This document shows positions 30,111-39,319 of a stretch of DNA of 64,000 bases, piece after piece. The position numbers and the translations under genes are program-made. The stretch comes from an uncultured Alphaproteobacteria bacterium (GTDB lineage Bacteria; Pseudomonadota; Alphaproteobacteria; HIMB59; GCA-002718135), in NCBI GenBank assembly GCA_902540265.1, contig CACBLW010000004.1, forward strand, positions 12,901 to 76,900, in the 5' to 3' direction. Every line of letters starts with the position of its first letter. Position 1 is the first letter of the stretch. The notes beneath the pieces are model-generated. The model did no database searches. It had not been told where the DNA came from and saw only the letters and a program-made list of their open reading frames with translations.

Positions 30111-30479
30111 ATGACAAATTTTGAAAAAGTAAAAGAATTTATGACAACATTTGGTCAAGAGGTAAAAACTAGTGCTGAATTTCCAGAAAATCAAATTGTA
30201 GAATTAAGAAAAAAATTGATTGATGAAGAATTTAATGAATTAAAAGATGCAATTAATGAAAATGATATCGTTGAAGTTGCTGATGCATTAACTGATATTT
30301 TAGTTGTAACATACGGTGCGGGTGCTGCTTTTGGTATAGATCTAGACAAATGTTTTAACGAGGTTCATCGCAGTAATATGAGTAAACTTTCAGAGGAAGG
30401 GAAGCCAATTTATAATGAATTTGGTAAGGTTATGAAGGGTCCTAATTATTCACCTCCAGATTTGAAAAAAATAATTTAA
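30111..30479 (+). CDS. MazG-like nucleoside triphosphate pyrophosphohydrolase family protein
   Basis: It has an all-alpha EExxE/DxxxD pattern (EEFNELKDA ... VADALTDILVV). I prefer the ATG at 30111 (GGGAGA SD 5 nt upstream) over the TTG at 30099. Confidence 0.6.
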   Translation: MTNFEKVKEFMTTFGQEVKTSAEFPENQIVELRKKLIDEEFNELKDAINENDIVEVADALTDILVVTYGAGAAFGIDLDKCFNEVHRSNMSKLSEEGKPIYNEFGKVMKGPNYSPPDLKKII

Positions 30480-31648
30480 ATATTTTTTAGAGCATCATCT
30501 AAAGATTTTTTTAAGTCTGAAATATCTTCAATGCCAATTGAAAGTCTTATCAGGGTATCAGAAATTCCTAATTCATCTCTAATTTTTTTATCTATTGATG
30601 CATGTGTCATTATAGCTGGATGTTCAATCAAACTTTCAACTCCACCCAAACTTTCTGCTAGTGTAAATATTTGAATTGTTTCTAGAAATTTTTTTGCTGA
30701 ACTAATATCACCCATTAATTCAATTGATAATATTCCTCCAAATCCAGTCATTTGCTTTTTTGCAATTTCATAACCAGGGTTATTTTCCAATCCAGGATAA
30801 AAAACGTTTTTAATTTTAGGATGTTTTAATAAATAATTAGCAATTTCTAATGCGTTATTATTGTGCCTCTCCATTCTTACAGCAAGTGTCTTAATTGATC
30901 GAATAAGTAAATAACAATCGAAGGGGCTGGGAACAGCACCAACTGCATTTTGAATATATTTAATTTTTTCAGCTAAAACTTTATTATCATTTATAATTAA
31001 TGCGCCACCAATTATATCAGAATGCCCACCAAGGTATTTTGTTGATGAATGTATAATAACATCAGCTCCATTGTTTAATGGTTGCTGATTGTAGGGTGAT
31101 GCAAAAGTATTATCACAAACAACAATAATATTATCATCCTTCAGACTTTCTCTAATTTTTTTTATATCTATAATTTTTAATAATGGGTTAGAGGGTGTCT
31201 CAACCCAAATCATTTTCGTATTTTCTTTTAGGTGACCTTGCCAATTATTTTCTTTACTAAGATCGGTATATGTTACTTCCACATCTTGATTTACTGTTTT
31301 AATTTTATCAAAAATTCTTCTTGTTCCACCATAAACATCATCGCTACAAATAATTGAATAATTTTTACCTAAAGCATCTGATAATGCAGAAATTGCAGCC
31401 ATACCTGAGCTGAAAGCATAAGCAAATTTACCATATTCTAATTCAACTAATAACTTTTCTAATATATCTCTTGTTGGGTTTCCTGTTCTTGCATATTCAT
31501 AAGTAAAGTCCCCAGGAGAATTTTGCTTGAAAGTTGATGAAAGATGAATAGGGGGCATTACTGCACCTGTAGTTTCATCAGCGCCATGACCCGAATGAAT
31601 TACTTTAGAATTAAATTTTTTATCTTTAGTATTCATAATTACATCCAA
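30476..31648 (-). CDS. cystathionine gamma-lyase / beta-lyase family PLP enzyme
   Basis: 390 aa in the Cys/Met-metabolism PLP family, with the lysine segment HSSTKYLGGHSD. Confidence 0.8.
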   Translation of the reverse strand: MDVIMNTKDKKFNSKVIHSGHGADETTGAVMPPIHLSSTFKQNSPGDFTYEYARTGNPTRDILEKLLVELEYGKFAYAFSSGMAAISALSDALGKNYSIICSDDVYGGTRRIFDKIKTVNQDVEVTYTDLSKENNWQGHLKENTKMIWVETPSNPLLKIIDIKKIRESLKDDNIIVVCDNTFASPYNQQPLNNGADVIIHSSTKYLGGHSDIIGGALIINDNKVLAEKIKYIQNAVGAVPSPFDCYLLIRSIKTLAVRMERHNNNALEIANYLLKHPKIKNVFYPGLENNPGYEIAKKQMTGFGGILSIELMGDISSAKKFLETIQIFTLAESLGGVESLIEHPAIMTHASIDKKIRDELGISDTLIRLSIGIEDISDLKKSLDDALKNI

Positions 31649-32640
31649 TCAGCATAAGGTAAATTTCTTGATAATAAGTATTCTTTATTAAACATTTTAT
31701 CATAATATTTATTTGCATCATCACAAAGTATTGTTACTATTTTTTTACCCGTACCCATTGATTTTGCTAATTTTACTGCACCACATATATTTACCCCAGA
31801 ACTTAATCCTAGAAATAATCCATCTGTTTTCATAATTTTAAATAGCATTTCCATACATTCTTGATCAGAAACAAAAAAAGATTGATCTACATTACAATTT
31901 TCTAAATTTTTTGTTACTCTAGCCTGTCCGATGCCTTCTGTTATTGATTCTTCACCTTTTTTTTCTGGTTTACCATTTGTAAAATAATTAAACATTGATG
32001 ATCCTTGTGAGTCTGTACAAGCGATGATAATTGCTTTATTTTTTGATTTTAGACCAACACTAACACCAGTTAATGTTCCTCCAGTTCCAATTGCACATGT
32101 GAAACCATCTATTTTTCCATCTGTTTGTTTAAATATTTCTGCAGATGTTGTTTTCTCATGAAACTTGTAATTTGCTAAATTTTCAAACTGACCAGCCCAA
32201 AAAGTTTTCTTACCTGTTTGTATTTCAATATCTTTAGCTAATCGCTTTGAGACTTTTTGATAATTTCCAGGATCGGAATATGGTTTTGCATCAACTAAAT
32301 GAAGTTTTGCTCCCATATTTTTAAGTATATCTCTTTTAGATTGAACGGTTATGTTAGGCATTACAATTTCTAGATTATAATTTTTTGCATTACAAACTAA
32401 TGCTAAGCCTATTCCTGTGTTCCCAAAAGTTCCTTCAACGACAGTTCCGCCTGGTTCCAATATTTTTTTTTCTTCTGCATCCTCGATAATACCAAGTGCT
32501 GTTCTATCTTTTACTGAACCAGCTGGATTCATAAATTCAGCCTTACCATATATTTCACAACCTGAAATTTCTGAGGGGTATTTTAATTTTATTAAAGGAG
32601 TGTTGCCAATTAATTCGGTAACATTATTTGTTATCATCAA
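31639..32640 (-). CDS. cysteine synthase / cystathionine beta-synthase fold enzyme
   Basis: 333 aa with the PLP-lysine motif NPAGSVKDR and the GTGGT loop. It overlaps both neighbours. Confidence 0.8.
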   Translation of the reverse strand: MMITNNVTELIGNTPLIKLKYPSEISGCEIYGKAEFMNPAGSVKDRTALGIIEDAEEKKILEPGGTVVEGTFGNTGIGLALVCNAKNYNLEIVMPNITVQSKRDILKNMGAKLHLVDAKPYSDPGNYQKVSKRLAKDIEIQTGKKTFWAGQFENLANYKFHEKTTSAEIFKQTDGKIDGFTCAIGTGGTLTGVSVGLKSKNKAIIIACTDSQGSSMFNYFTNGKPEKKGEESITEGIGQARVTKNLENCNVDQSFFVSDQECMEMLFKIMKTDGLFLGLSSGVNICGAVKLAKSMGTGKKIVTILCDDANKYYDKMFNKEYLLSRNLPYADWM

Positions 32641-33202
32641 TATCTCTTACACCATATGGGTTGAATGATGTATCTTTATTAATATTAATGTTTTTAACAG
32701 GATTACCTACCATTGTTGCATAAGGAGGAACATCTTTTAATACCACAGTATTAGCTCCAACTCTTGCGCAACTTCCAATATTAATTGGACCAAGAATACT
32801 TGCACCACAACCAATAATTACATTATCCTCAATTGTTGGATGTCTTTTTGTATCTCTTTGATCTTTCGAATTTTCAGCAGGACTGATACCTCCTAATGTT
32901 ACGCCATGATAAAGTGTAACATTATCACCGATTTCACTTGTTTCACCAATTACAGTTCCCATCCCATGATCTATAAAAAGATTTTTACCTATCTTTGCAG
33001 CTGGGTGAATTTCAATTCCAGTTAAGAAACGACTAAATTGAGATATTATTCTTGCAAGAGTGTACAAATTTAAATTCCATAATTGATTTGCTATTTTATG
33101 AAAAAAAACAGATTTTACACCAGGATAAGTTAATATTATGCTTAGTTTACTTCTAGCTGCAGGATCTCTTTTAATTATTGATTCTAAATAACTATCCATC
33201 AT
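32624..33202 (-). CDS. cysE: serine O-acetyltransferase
   Basis: 192 aa with the left-handed beta-helix hexapeptide region [11 protein letters not shown] ... [30 protein letters not shown]. Confidence 0.88.
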   Translation of the reverse strand: MMDSYLESIIKRDPAARSKLSIILTYPGVKSVFFHKIANQLWNLNLYTLARIISQFSRFLTGIEIHPAAKIGKNLFIDHGMGTVIGETSEIGDNVTLYHGVTLGGISPAENSKDQRDTKRHPTIEDNVIIGCGASILGPINIGSCARVGANTVVLKDVPPYATMVGNPVKNININKDTSFNPYGVRDIDDNK

Positions 33203-33282
33203 GTGAATAAGTAGTCATTAAAATCTTTATTTCAATCACCTTAATTCTCTTTTAAGCTCTTAAATTTAATAAAAAACGTAGG

Positions 33283-35226
33283 TTATATATTAAAAAGTAC
33301 AACACTTATCGAGTGCGGTGGTAGTATTAAAAATCCTTTACTTGTTTTTAAGGAATTTTTTTTGATCTTAACACTTGAAGTGTTTTCATAAGTATTAAGG
33401 TCAACTTTATTAGATCCTTCAATACAATAATTTTCAGCAATCCTATCTAGATATGGAACTTTTAAAAGTATTTTCTCTGAACTTGATTTATTAACTACAG
33501 ACATACACATATGTTTTCCATTCATTGTTACTGCAGAGTCAATGAGTTTATTATTTTTATATTCAGGCTGTTTACCTAATTTAAAAGAAACAAAATTTGA
33601 AGAATTAACAACTGATTTTAAAATTTTACCTTTATGAAATTTTGTATAAAGTTCTAAAACAAGTGTTGTTGGAGTTTTCCAAATTTTCTTTTTTTCTATT
33701 CGGTAATTACCCATTACATTTATCAAATGATAAATGCCAGTGTTGGTTATTATATCCCCTCTATTTATACATGCGTTAAGAAGTGAAGCAGCATAAATTG
33801 CATCAGCAATATTATAATTCTCAATAAAATAAGGTGGAGTTGCTTCTACATAAGTGTTCCATTCATCAAAGGCTATTTTAATATTCTTATTGGAATATTT
33901 TTTTATTTCTCTTATCGTTCTATCTAACATTAATCTTACTTCTGTTGCGGCAGCAACAGTTGGAATATAACGTGTTTTATAATCTGGATGTTTTTTATCT
34001 TTCTCGGTTCTTATAGAATAATAATGGACACTCAATTCATCAATTTTTTCTTTAATATTTTTTAATACATACTCATTCCAATGACCAAAATGATCTGAAC
34101 AGGCACCAACTGCAATAAATCGTAATTTTTTATTTAATTTTTTTAACTCTTTTACAAAAGAATTATATTTATTTGCATAAGTAATTGGATCTGTATGACC
34201 AATTTGCCATCCTCCAAACATTTCATTTCCTATGAATATCGTTTGCAATTCATAAGGATTTTTTCTACCGTTTTTATATCTTAATTTTCCATATTTTGTA
34301 TTAATTGAACCAATCATATACTCGATCCAATTTTTTGCCTGTTCGATAGTACCATCACCAGTATTGATTGTAATCATTGGTTCGCTTCCAATATATTCAC
34401 ACCATTTCATAAATTCATCTGTACCTACATCGTTATACTCCCATTGATACCAAGCATGATCGTAGTAGGGAAGTCGATAATCTTTTTTTCCAACTCCATT
34501 CTGCCAATTATAACCTGAAAGAAAATTCCCTCCAGGCCAACGAATATAACTTGGCTTCCATTCTTTAATCATTTCTGTGATATCTTTTCTAAATCCAAAA
34601 ATTGTATTTTTTGGCATTAATGAACAGTTTGCAATAAAAATTGTTCCAGACTTAATAGAGATAGATAGTGTTTTGAGGCTATTACTTTTTTTAAAAGTAA
34701 ATGTTTTTTTAATTTTTTTCCAATTTTTATTTGCATTGAATGTAAAATTTATTTCTCCAATATTTATAAATACTTTCTGATTTTCACCTTTGAAATAAAT
34801 ACTGAATTCGTATTCATCTTTTGAGTCAATAATATTAATCTTTTGCTTAATACCTCTTTGTATTTTTGATTTTTCTCGAATAGTAATTTGTTGAGATTGT
34901 TTGCCACTCCCGTATCTACTAATAATCTCTTCACCTTTTACAATATATTCTGAGTTAGAATGTGCGTACATAACGTGTTTTGCAGAAGCGTTATAACCTT
35001 TCCAAGGCTGTACAATGCCAAAATCTAAATGATCATTTTCTAAACCATTGTTCCAAACTAATTTATCAGGACCACAAAATTTTCTATTTTCTACTACTTC
35101 TGCCCAAATTCCATTTCTATAAATTGCATCTCCAATATGTTCCAGATTAGTTCCAAACATATGTTTTGAAAGTTTTGATAGTATATTATTTTTTGAAAAA
35201 GAAATTGTTGCAATATTTTTATTCAT
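33283..35226 (-). CDS. cytoplasmic GH51-like glycoside hydrolase (alpha-L-arabinofuranosidase family)
   Basis: 647 aa with no signal peptide. It has the GH51-type segments FGTNLEHIGDAIYRNGIWAE and IRWPGGNFLSGYNW. The acid/base motif GNEMFGGWQIGH (Glu about 335) and the nucleophile motif FDEWNTY (Glu about 455) lie about 120 residues apart, as in GH51. A beta-sandwich-like insert spans about residues 60-205. Confidence 0.7.
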   Translation of the reverse strand: MNKNIATISFSKNNILSKLSKHMFGTNLEHIGDAIYRNGIWAEVVENRKFCGPDKLVWNNGLENDHLDFGIVQPWKGYNASAKHVMYAHSNSEYIVKGEEIISRYGSGKQSQQITIREKSKIQRGIKQKINIIDSKDEYEFSIYFKGENQKVFINIGEINFTFNANKNWKKIKKTFTFKKSNSLKTLSISIKSGTIFIANCSLMPKNTIFGFRKDITEMIKEWKPSYIRWPGGNFLSGYNWQNGVGKKDYRLPYYDHAWYQWEYNDVGTDEFMKWCEYIGSEPMITINTGDGTIEQAKNWIEYMIGSINTKYGKLRYKNGRKNPYELQTIFIGNEMFGGWQIGHTDPITYANKYNSFVKELKKLNKKLRFIAVGACSDHFGHWNEYVLKNIKEKIDELSVHYYSIRTEKDKKHPDYKTRYIPTVAAATEVRLMLDRTIREIKKYSNKNIKIAFDEWNTYVEATPPYFIENYNIADAIYAASLLNACINRGDIITNTGIYHLINVMGNYRIEKKKIWKTPTTLVLELYTKFHKGKILKSVVNSSNFVSFKLGKQPEYKNNKLIDSAVTMNGKHMCMSVVNKSSSEKILLKVPYLDRIAENYCIEGSNKVDLNTYENTSSVKIKKNSLKTSKGFLILPPHSISVVLFNI

Positions 35227-36274
35227 TCATCGCCCATATTTTATCACTGGGTAAATGAACATAAATTGTATCATCTGTTTTTATGTCTTGTAATCCTACA
35301 GATTGTAATGAGCATTCTAATTCTAAATTGTTTACTATAATTTTGTATCTAGTATGCGTTCCTGAAAATATTACTGATTTAATTAAGCCTTTGAATGAAT
35401 TATCATTGAAATCATTATTTTTACTTAACTTTATATTTTCGGGTCTAATAGTTATTATATTATCTTCATTTAAATCTGTATAATTTTCACCTTTGTAATG
35501 AACTGTTCCAATATTAGTAGATAGGTTATGATTATCTTTCTTTGCATTAATAAAATTAACTCCACCAAAAAATTTTGCAGCTTTTATATTTTTTGGTTTT
35601 TCATAATAATTTTTTGGAGAAGTAAAATTTTGGAGTTCGCCATCAAAAATTAAAGCTATCTTATCTGCTAGAAGAACCGCCTCTTCTTGATCATGTGTTA
35701 CAAATATTGTTGTTACTTTTAATTTTTGTTGAATAGTCACAATTAGATCTCGCATTTCATCTCTTAAATGCGCGTCAAGATTACTTAATGGTTCATCTAG
35801 AAGCAATATTCTAGGATTAGATATCAATGCTCTGGCTAGCGCAACTCTTTGTTGTTGACCTCCAGAAAGCTGTTTTGGCTTTCTTAATCCAATATCTGGT
35901 AATTTTACCAGTTCTAACATTTCTTTTACTTTTTGATCTATTATATTTTTATCTACACCTTTCATTTTTAATGCAAATCCAACATTTTCATTTACATTCA
36001 TATAAGGGAACAAAAGATAATTTTGGAAAACCATAACTACCCCTCTTTTTTCAGTTGGAATTTTTAATAGTGATTGCTCATCAAGAATAATATCTCCACT
36101 ATCAGGTTGAAATAATCCTGTGATCATTTTCAAAATAGTTGTTTTACCGCAACCTGAAGGTCCGAGAAATGCAACAAGTTCTCCACTTTCAATATCTAAA
36201 TTTACATTATTTACTGCTGGTCTATCCATGCTAGGAAAACTTTTAATTAAATTTTTAATATTTAATTTACTCAT
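35219..36274 (-). CDS. ABC importer ATP-binding protein with C-terminal regulatory/TOBE-like domain
   Basis: 351 aa with Walker A GPSGCGKTT, signature LSGGQQQR, and Walker B LLLDEP. Confidence 0.88.
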   Translation of the reverse strand: MSKLNIKNLIKSFPSMDRPAVNNVNLDIESGELVAFLGPSGCGKTTILKMITGLFQPDSGDIILDEQSLLKIPTEKRGVVMVFQNYLLFPYMNVNENVGFALKMKGVDKNIIDQKVKEMLELVKLPDIGLRKPKQLSGGQQQRVALARALISNPRILLLDEPLSNLDAHLRDEMRDLIVTIQQKLKVTTIFVTHDQEEAVLLADKIALIFDGELQNFTSPKNYYEKPKNIKAAKFFGGVNFINAKKDNHNLSTNIGTVHYKGENYTDLNEDNIITIRPENIKLSKNNDFNDNSFKGLIKSVIFSGTHTRYKIIVNNLELECSLQSVGLQDIKTDDTIYVHLPSDKIWAMNE

Positions 36275-36276
36275 TG

Positions 36277-37140
36277 TTATATTTTCCCAAATCCACTAGT
36301 AGCTCCAGATTCACCAGAAACAAATTTGGATGTAAAAAATAATATCAATATAGCAGGAAAAATAAATATAATTGATATTGCAGCTGTTAAAGCTGGATTC
36401 CCTGATGAGGCAGTTGAAAAAACAAGGAGTGGTAGTGTCATAACTTTTCCCGCACCAATTAAAAATGTTAAAAGATACTGACTCCATGAAACTAAAAATG
36501 CAAATAACGCCGCAACAACCATTCCTGGAGCTATAGCAGGTAAAGTAATTAATAAAAATGTTCTAGTTTTATTTGCACCTAAAGTTCTTGCTTGATGTTC
36601 AAAGTCAGGGTTATAGTTTGCAAATATTCCAGTCATAGTAAGAACTACGTATGGCATAATAGGTACTAAATGCACTAAACATACTCCAAAATAATTACCT
36701 GAAAAACCCCATGATATAAAATTGATATTCAGTCCTAAAACAAAAGCTATTGGGGGAAGTATAGTGGGCGAGACCATTATAAAAATAATTAATTTTTTAA
36801 ATCTAAAATTTAATAAACCCAGAACTCTTGCAGCAGGTAATGCAATTATTATTGAAACAATTGTCACTAAGAAACCAATACTTAAACTATTTAATAATGC
36901 TTTGATAACTGTAGGATTAGAAGCCCAAAGTTCTATAAAGCCTTCGAAGGTTCTTTGACCAGGTTTAGGTATTAATTTTAATCTTACCCAAGCTTGTAGA
37001 CTTAACTCTTTTGGAATAACTTGAGGATAAAACCATCTAAAAGAAAATGCATTAATAAAGAAGGCTATAAGAGGTAATATTAAGATAATTGCGCCTAAAT
37101 AAATTGCATATATATTTATTTTTTTTAAATTATTATTCAT
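36277..37140 (-). CDS. ABC importer permease
   Basis: 287 aa, about 6 TM helices, binding-protein-dependent transport inner-membrane component. Confidence 0.8.
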   Translation of the reverse strand: MNNNLKKINIYAIYLGAIILILPLIAFFINAFSFRWFYPQVIPKELSLQAWVRLKLIPKPGQRTFEGFIELWASNPTVIKALLNSLSIGFLVTIVSIIIALPAARVLGLLNFRFKKLIIFIMVSPTILPPIAFVLGLNINFISWGFSGNYFGVCLVHLVPIMPYVVLTMTGIFANYNPDFEHQARTLGANKTRTFLLITLPAIAPGMVVAALFAFLVSWSQYLLTFLIGAGKVMTLPLLVFSTASSGNPALTAAISIIFIFPAILILFFTSKFVSGESGATSGFGKI

Positions 37141-38015
37141 TAATCCTTCCTAATTTTTGCCTGAGTTAACCAAAAATAAAATACAACTAAAATCATTACT
37201 ATTATTGCAATAATAATGCTTAATGCCATCCCTTCACTTCTTGCATTAAGATCAGGGTTCAAGAAAAATTCAAATGCCATAACCGGTAACATTTGAGGAT
37301 AAATTACACCTAGCAAGGCTGGAACTTCATATGCACCAAAACTAAAAGCAAATACTATTATTGATGCAGAAAATAGATTTGGCATAACTAAAGGTAAAAT
37401 AACATATCGAAATCTTTGCCATCTATTTGCTCCTAAGCTTTGAGCAAGTTCTTCAAAATTTTCTCCTAAAGATTGTAATACTGACATTAAAATTATAAAA
37501 AAGAATGCTGCTTCTTTCCAAATATAAGCAAGAATAATACCTAAACCATATTTATCTTTAACTAATACGGGAAAATCTCCAGGACTCCCAATTAATCCAA
37601 TTTGAGATGCTAAACGAGCTAATAAACCACTTTGAGAAAATACGAATATAATGCCAACTGCTACAACTAAATGAGGCATTGGCAAGTTTAATGAATATAT
37701 AAAATTACAAATTGTTTTTGCAAAAAATGTTTTTCTTATTGCTAGAGCACCAAACAAAGCAAAAACTGCTGCTAAAAAAGTACTAGCAAAACTAACCCAT
37801 AAATTTAATCCTAAGCCAGTCCAAAATAATTTTGCATATCTTTCGGAAAACATAACATTGTAATACGCTGAAAAATTTATTTCATATTTTCCAATTGCTG
37901 GTTGGTACCCTAAGCTTTGTAAAAATCCATAAAAAATTCCTCCAAAAAAAAGAGTAAAAATAATTAAAAGGGGCGGAGTTAAAGATAAGATAATTTTTAA
38001 TCTTTCTCCGCCCAT
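37140..38015 (-). CDS. ABC importer permease
   Basis: 291 aa, about 6 TM helices, with an EAA-like loop (LGANRWQRFRYVILP). Confidence 0.8.
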   Translation of the reverse strand: MGGERLKIILSLTPPLLIIFTLFFGGIFYGFLQSLGYQPAIGKYEINFSAYYNVMFSERYAKLFWTGLGLNLWVSFASTFLAAVFALFGALAIRKTFFAKTICNFIYSLNLPMPHLVVAVGIIFVFSQSGLLARLASQIGLIGSPGDFPVLVKDKYGLGIILAYIWKEAAFFFIILMSVLQSLGENFEELAQSLGANRWQRFRYVILPLVMPNLFSASIIVFAFSFGAYEVPALLGVIYPQMLPVMAFEFFLNPDLNARSEGMALSIIIAIIVMILVVFYFWLTQAKIRKD

Positions 38016-38035
38016 TTTCTTAATAAAATATTATT

Positions 38036-39286
38036 TTATTTTAAAAGTACGTTTGCTTCCCAATCAGCTTCAATTAAATCTTGATATTCTGCAGCAATGT
38101 CAGAAACAAGAGCCTTCGCAAGGATGTCTTGATCCTCAGCGGCATCTCCAAGATTATTTTGAGCTTCAGCTATTGCAGCTTTTCCAGCAGCATCTGTAAC
38201 TTTAGCCGTGCTAATACCCCAACCACAGCAGAAACCATTTGCTGGTTGTACTTGAGCAGCTTGTAGTTCAGGTTCTAATACTAGGTTTGCATATACTAGT
38301 GCAGCAGCTTTGTTAGGAGCGTTATAAGGAATAGCCCAATAATTGAAATCTCCGATCATATTTTCATAAAAAGCAAATGCTCTTGATGTTGGAGGTGTTG
38401 TTCCGGCAGTATTTGTAGGTCCAGCACCTCTTGGAGATTGTGTAAAATCTAAATCAACTTCACCATTAGCAAATAGACTATGCATTTCTGCATTATCTTT
38501 TGGATAAGTTTCTCCACTTCTCCAAAGATCTTTTTCCCAAGAATTTAATAATTTCCAAACTTCTGGAGCCCACTTATCATATAATTCTTGATTGAATGGA
38601 CCTACCCACTGCGCGTGTCCACCACTTAGCTCAAAGAAAATTTGTTTTACAAATCTAGTACCAACAAATCCACCTTTACCAGGTCTTATGTAAGTAAATC
38701 TTCCAGGGTTTTCTGCTATCCAATTACTTAATTCAGCATAACTACGAGGCATATCATCATAATTATTTCTTGCTGAGTCATACATAAAGTGGAACTGAGC
38801 ACTAGACCATGGACTTTCCATACCTTCGACAGGTCTTCCAAAGTCTAAGTTTACTGCTGGATTGTCCCATGCAACAAATTCACTGTTAGGTAAACCAGCA
38901 GCGAATGGTCCATAAAGAAGATTAGCTTGTTTTAATGTCCAGAAATTTTCTCCATTAATCCAAATCAAATCAATATTTCCATTATCGCCAGTTACTCCAG
39001 CTTCTTTCTCACTTAGTACTTGGTTCACAGCGTCAACTGTTCCTTTTAAAGGAACTCTGTTCAAAGTTATGTTATATTTTTCTTTTAATGGAACTCCATA
39101 AAAGTCATCAACAAAACCATTGATAGCGTCTGATCCACCCCACATGTACACATTTACCTGTCCGCCATCAGCTGCTTTAACAACATCATCCCATGAATTA
39201 AATCCAGGTGCAGTTTCAGCAAATACTAATTTTGAAAAAAATAAACTTATAAATGTTAAGGTAAGAAATTTAAGTTTAATTTTCAT
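38036..39286 (-). CDS. periplasmic ABC substrate-binding protein, YnjB-like
   Basis: 416 aa with a signal peptide (MKIKLKFLTLTFISLFFSKLVFA). The VYMWGGSDAINGFV and IDLIWINGENFWTLKQANLL segments resemble E. coli YnjB as I remember it. It is not a CUT1/CUT2 sugar SBP pattern. Confidence 0.6.
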   Translation of the reverse strand: MKIKLKFLTLTFISLFFSKLVFAETAPGFNSWDDVVKAADGGQVNVYMWGGSDAINGFVDDFYGVPLKEKYNITLNRVPLKGTVDAVNQVLSEKEAGVTGDNGNIDLIWINGENFWTLKQANLLYGPFAAGLPNSEFVAWDNPAVNLDFGRPVEGMESPWSSAQFHFMYDSARNNYDDMPRSYAELSNWIAENPGRFTYIRPGKGGFVGTRFVKQIFFELSGGHAQWVGPFNQELYDKWAPEVWKLLNSWEKDLWRSGETYPKDNAEMHSLFANGEVDLDFTQSPRGAGPTNTAGTTPPTSRAFAFYENMIGDFNYWAIPYNAPNKAAALVYANLVLEPELQAAQVQPANGFCCGWGISTAKVTDAAGKAAIAEAQNNLGDAAEDQDILAKALVSDIAAEYQDLIEADWEANVLLK

Positions 39287-39319
39287 CTTTCCTCCTAATA
39301 TATAGAATCAAATAATAAT

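Noticed and set aside
33203-33282. Possible SAM-II/SAM-V riboswitch in the 80-nt leader of cysE
   Set aside because: Only a vague AAGAGCUUAAAAG similarity to the AAAGCU-containing core was present. There is no pseudoknot partner or GC-rich stem, and the motif is too short and too AT-rich to support.
32417-39305. Plus-strand ORFs 32417-32668, 34577-34780, 35283-35483, 35827-36036, 36722-36958, 38081-38266 and 39120-39305
   Set aside because: All are antisense to well-supported minus-strand genes (CBS-like, GH51-like, ABC components, SBP). They are short, have no motifs, and leave no free intergenic space.
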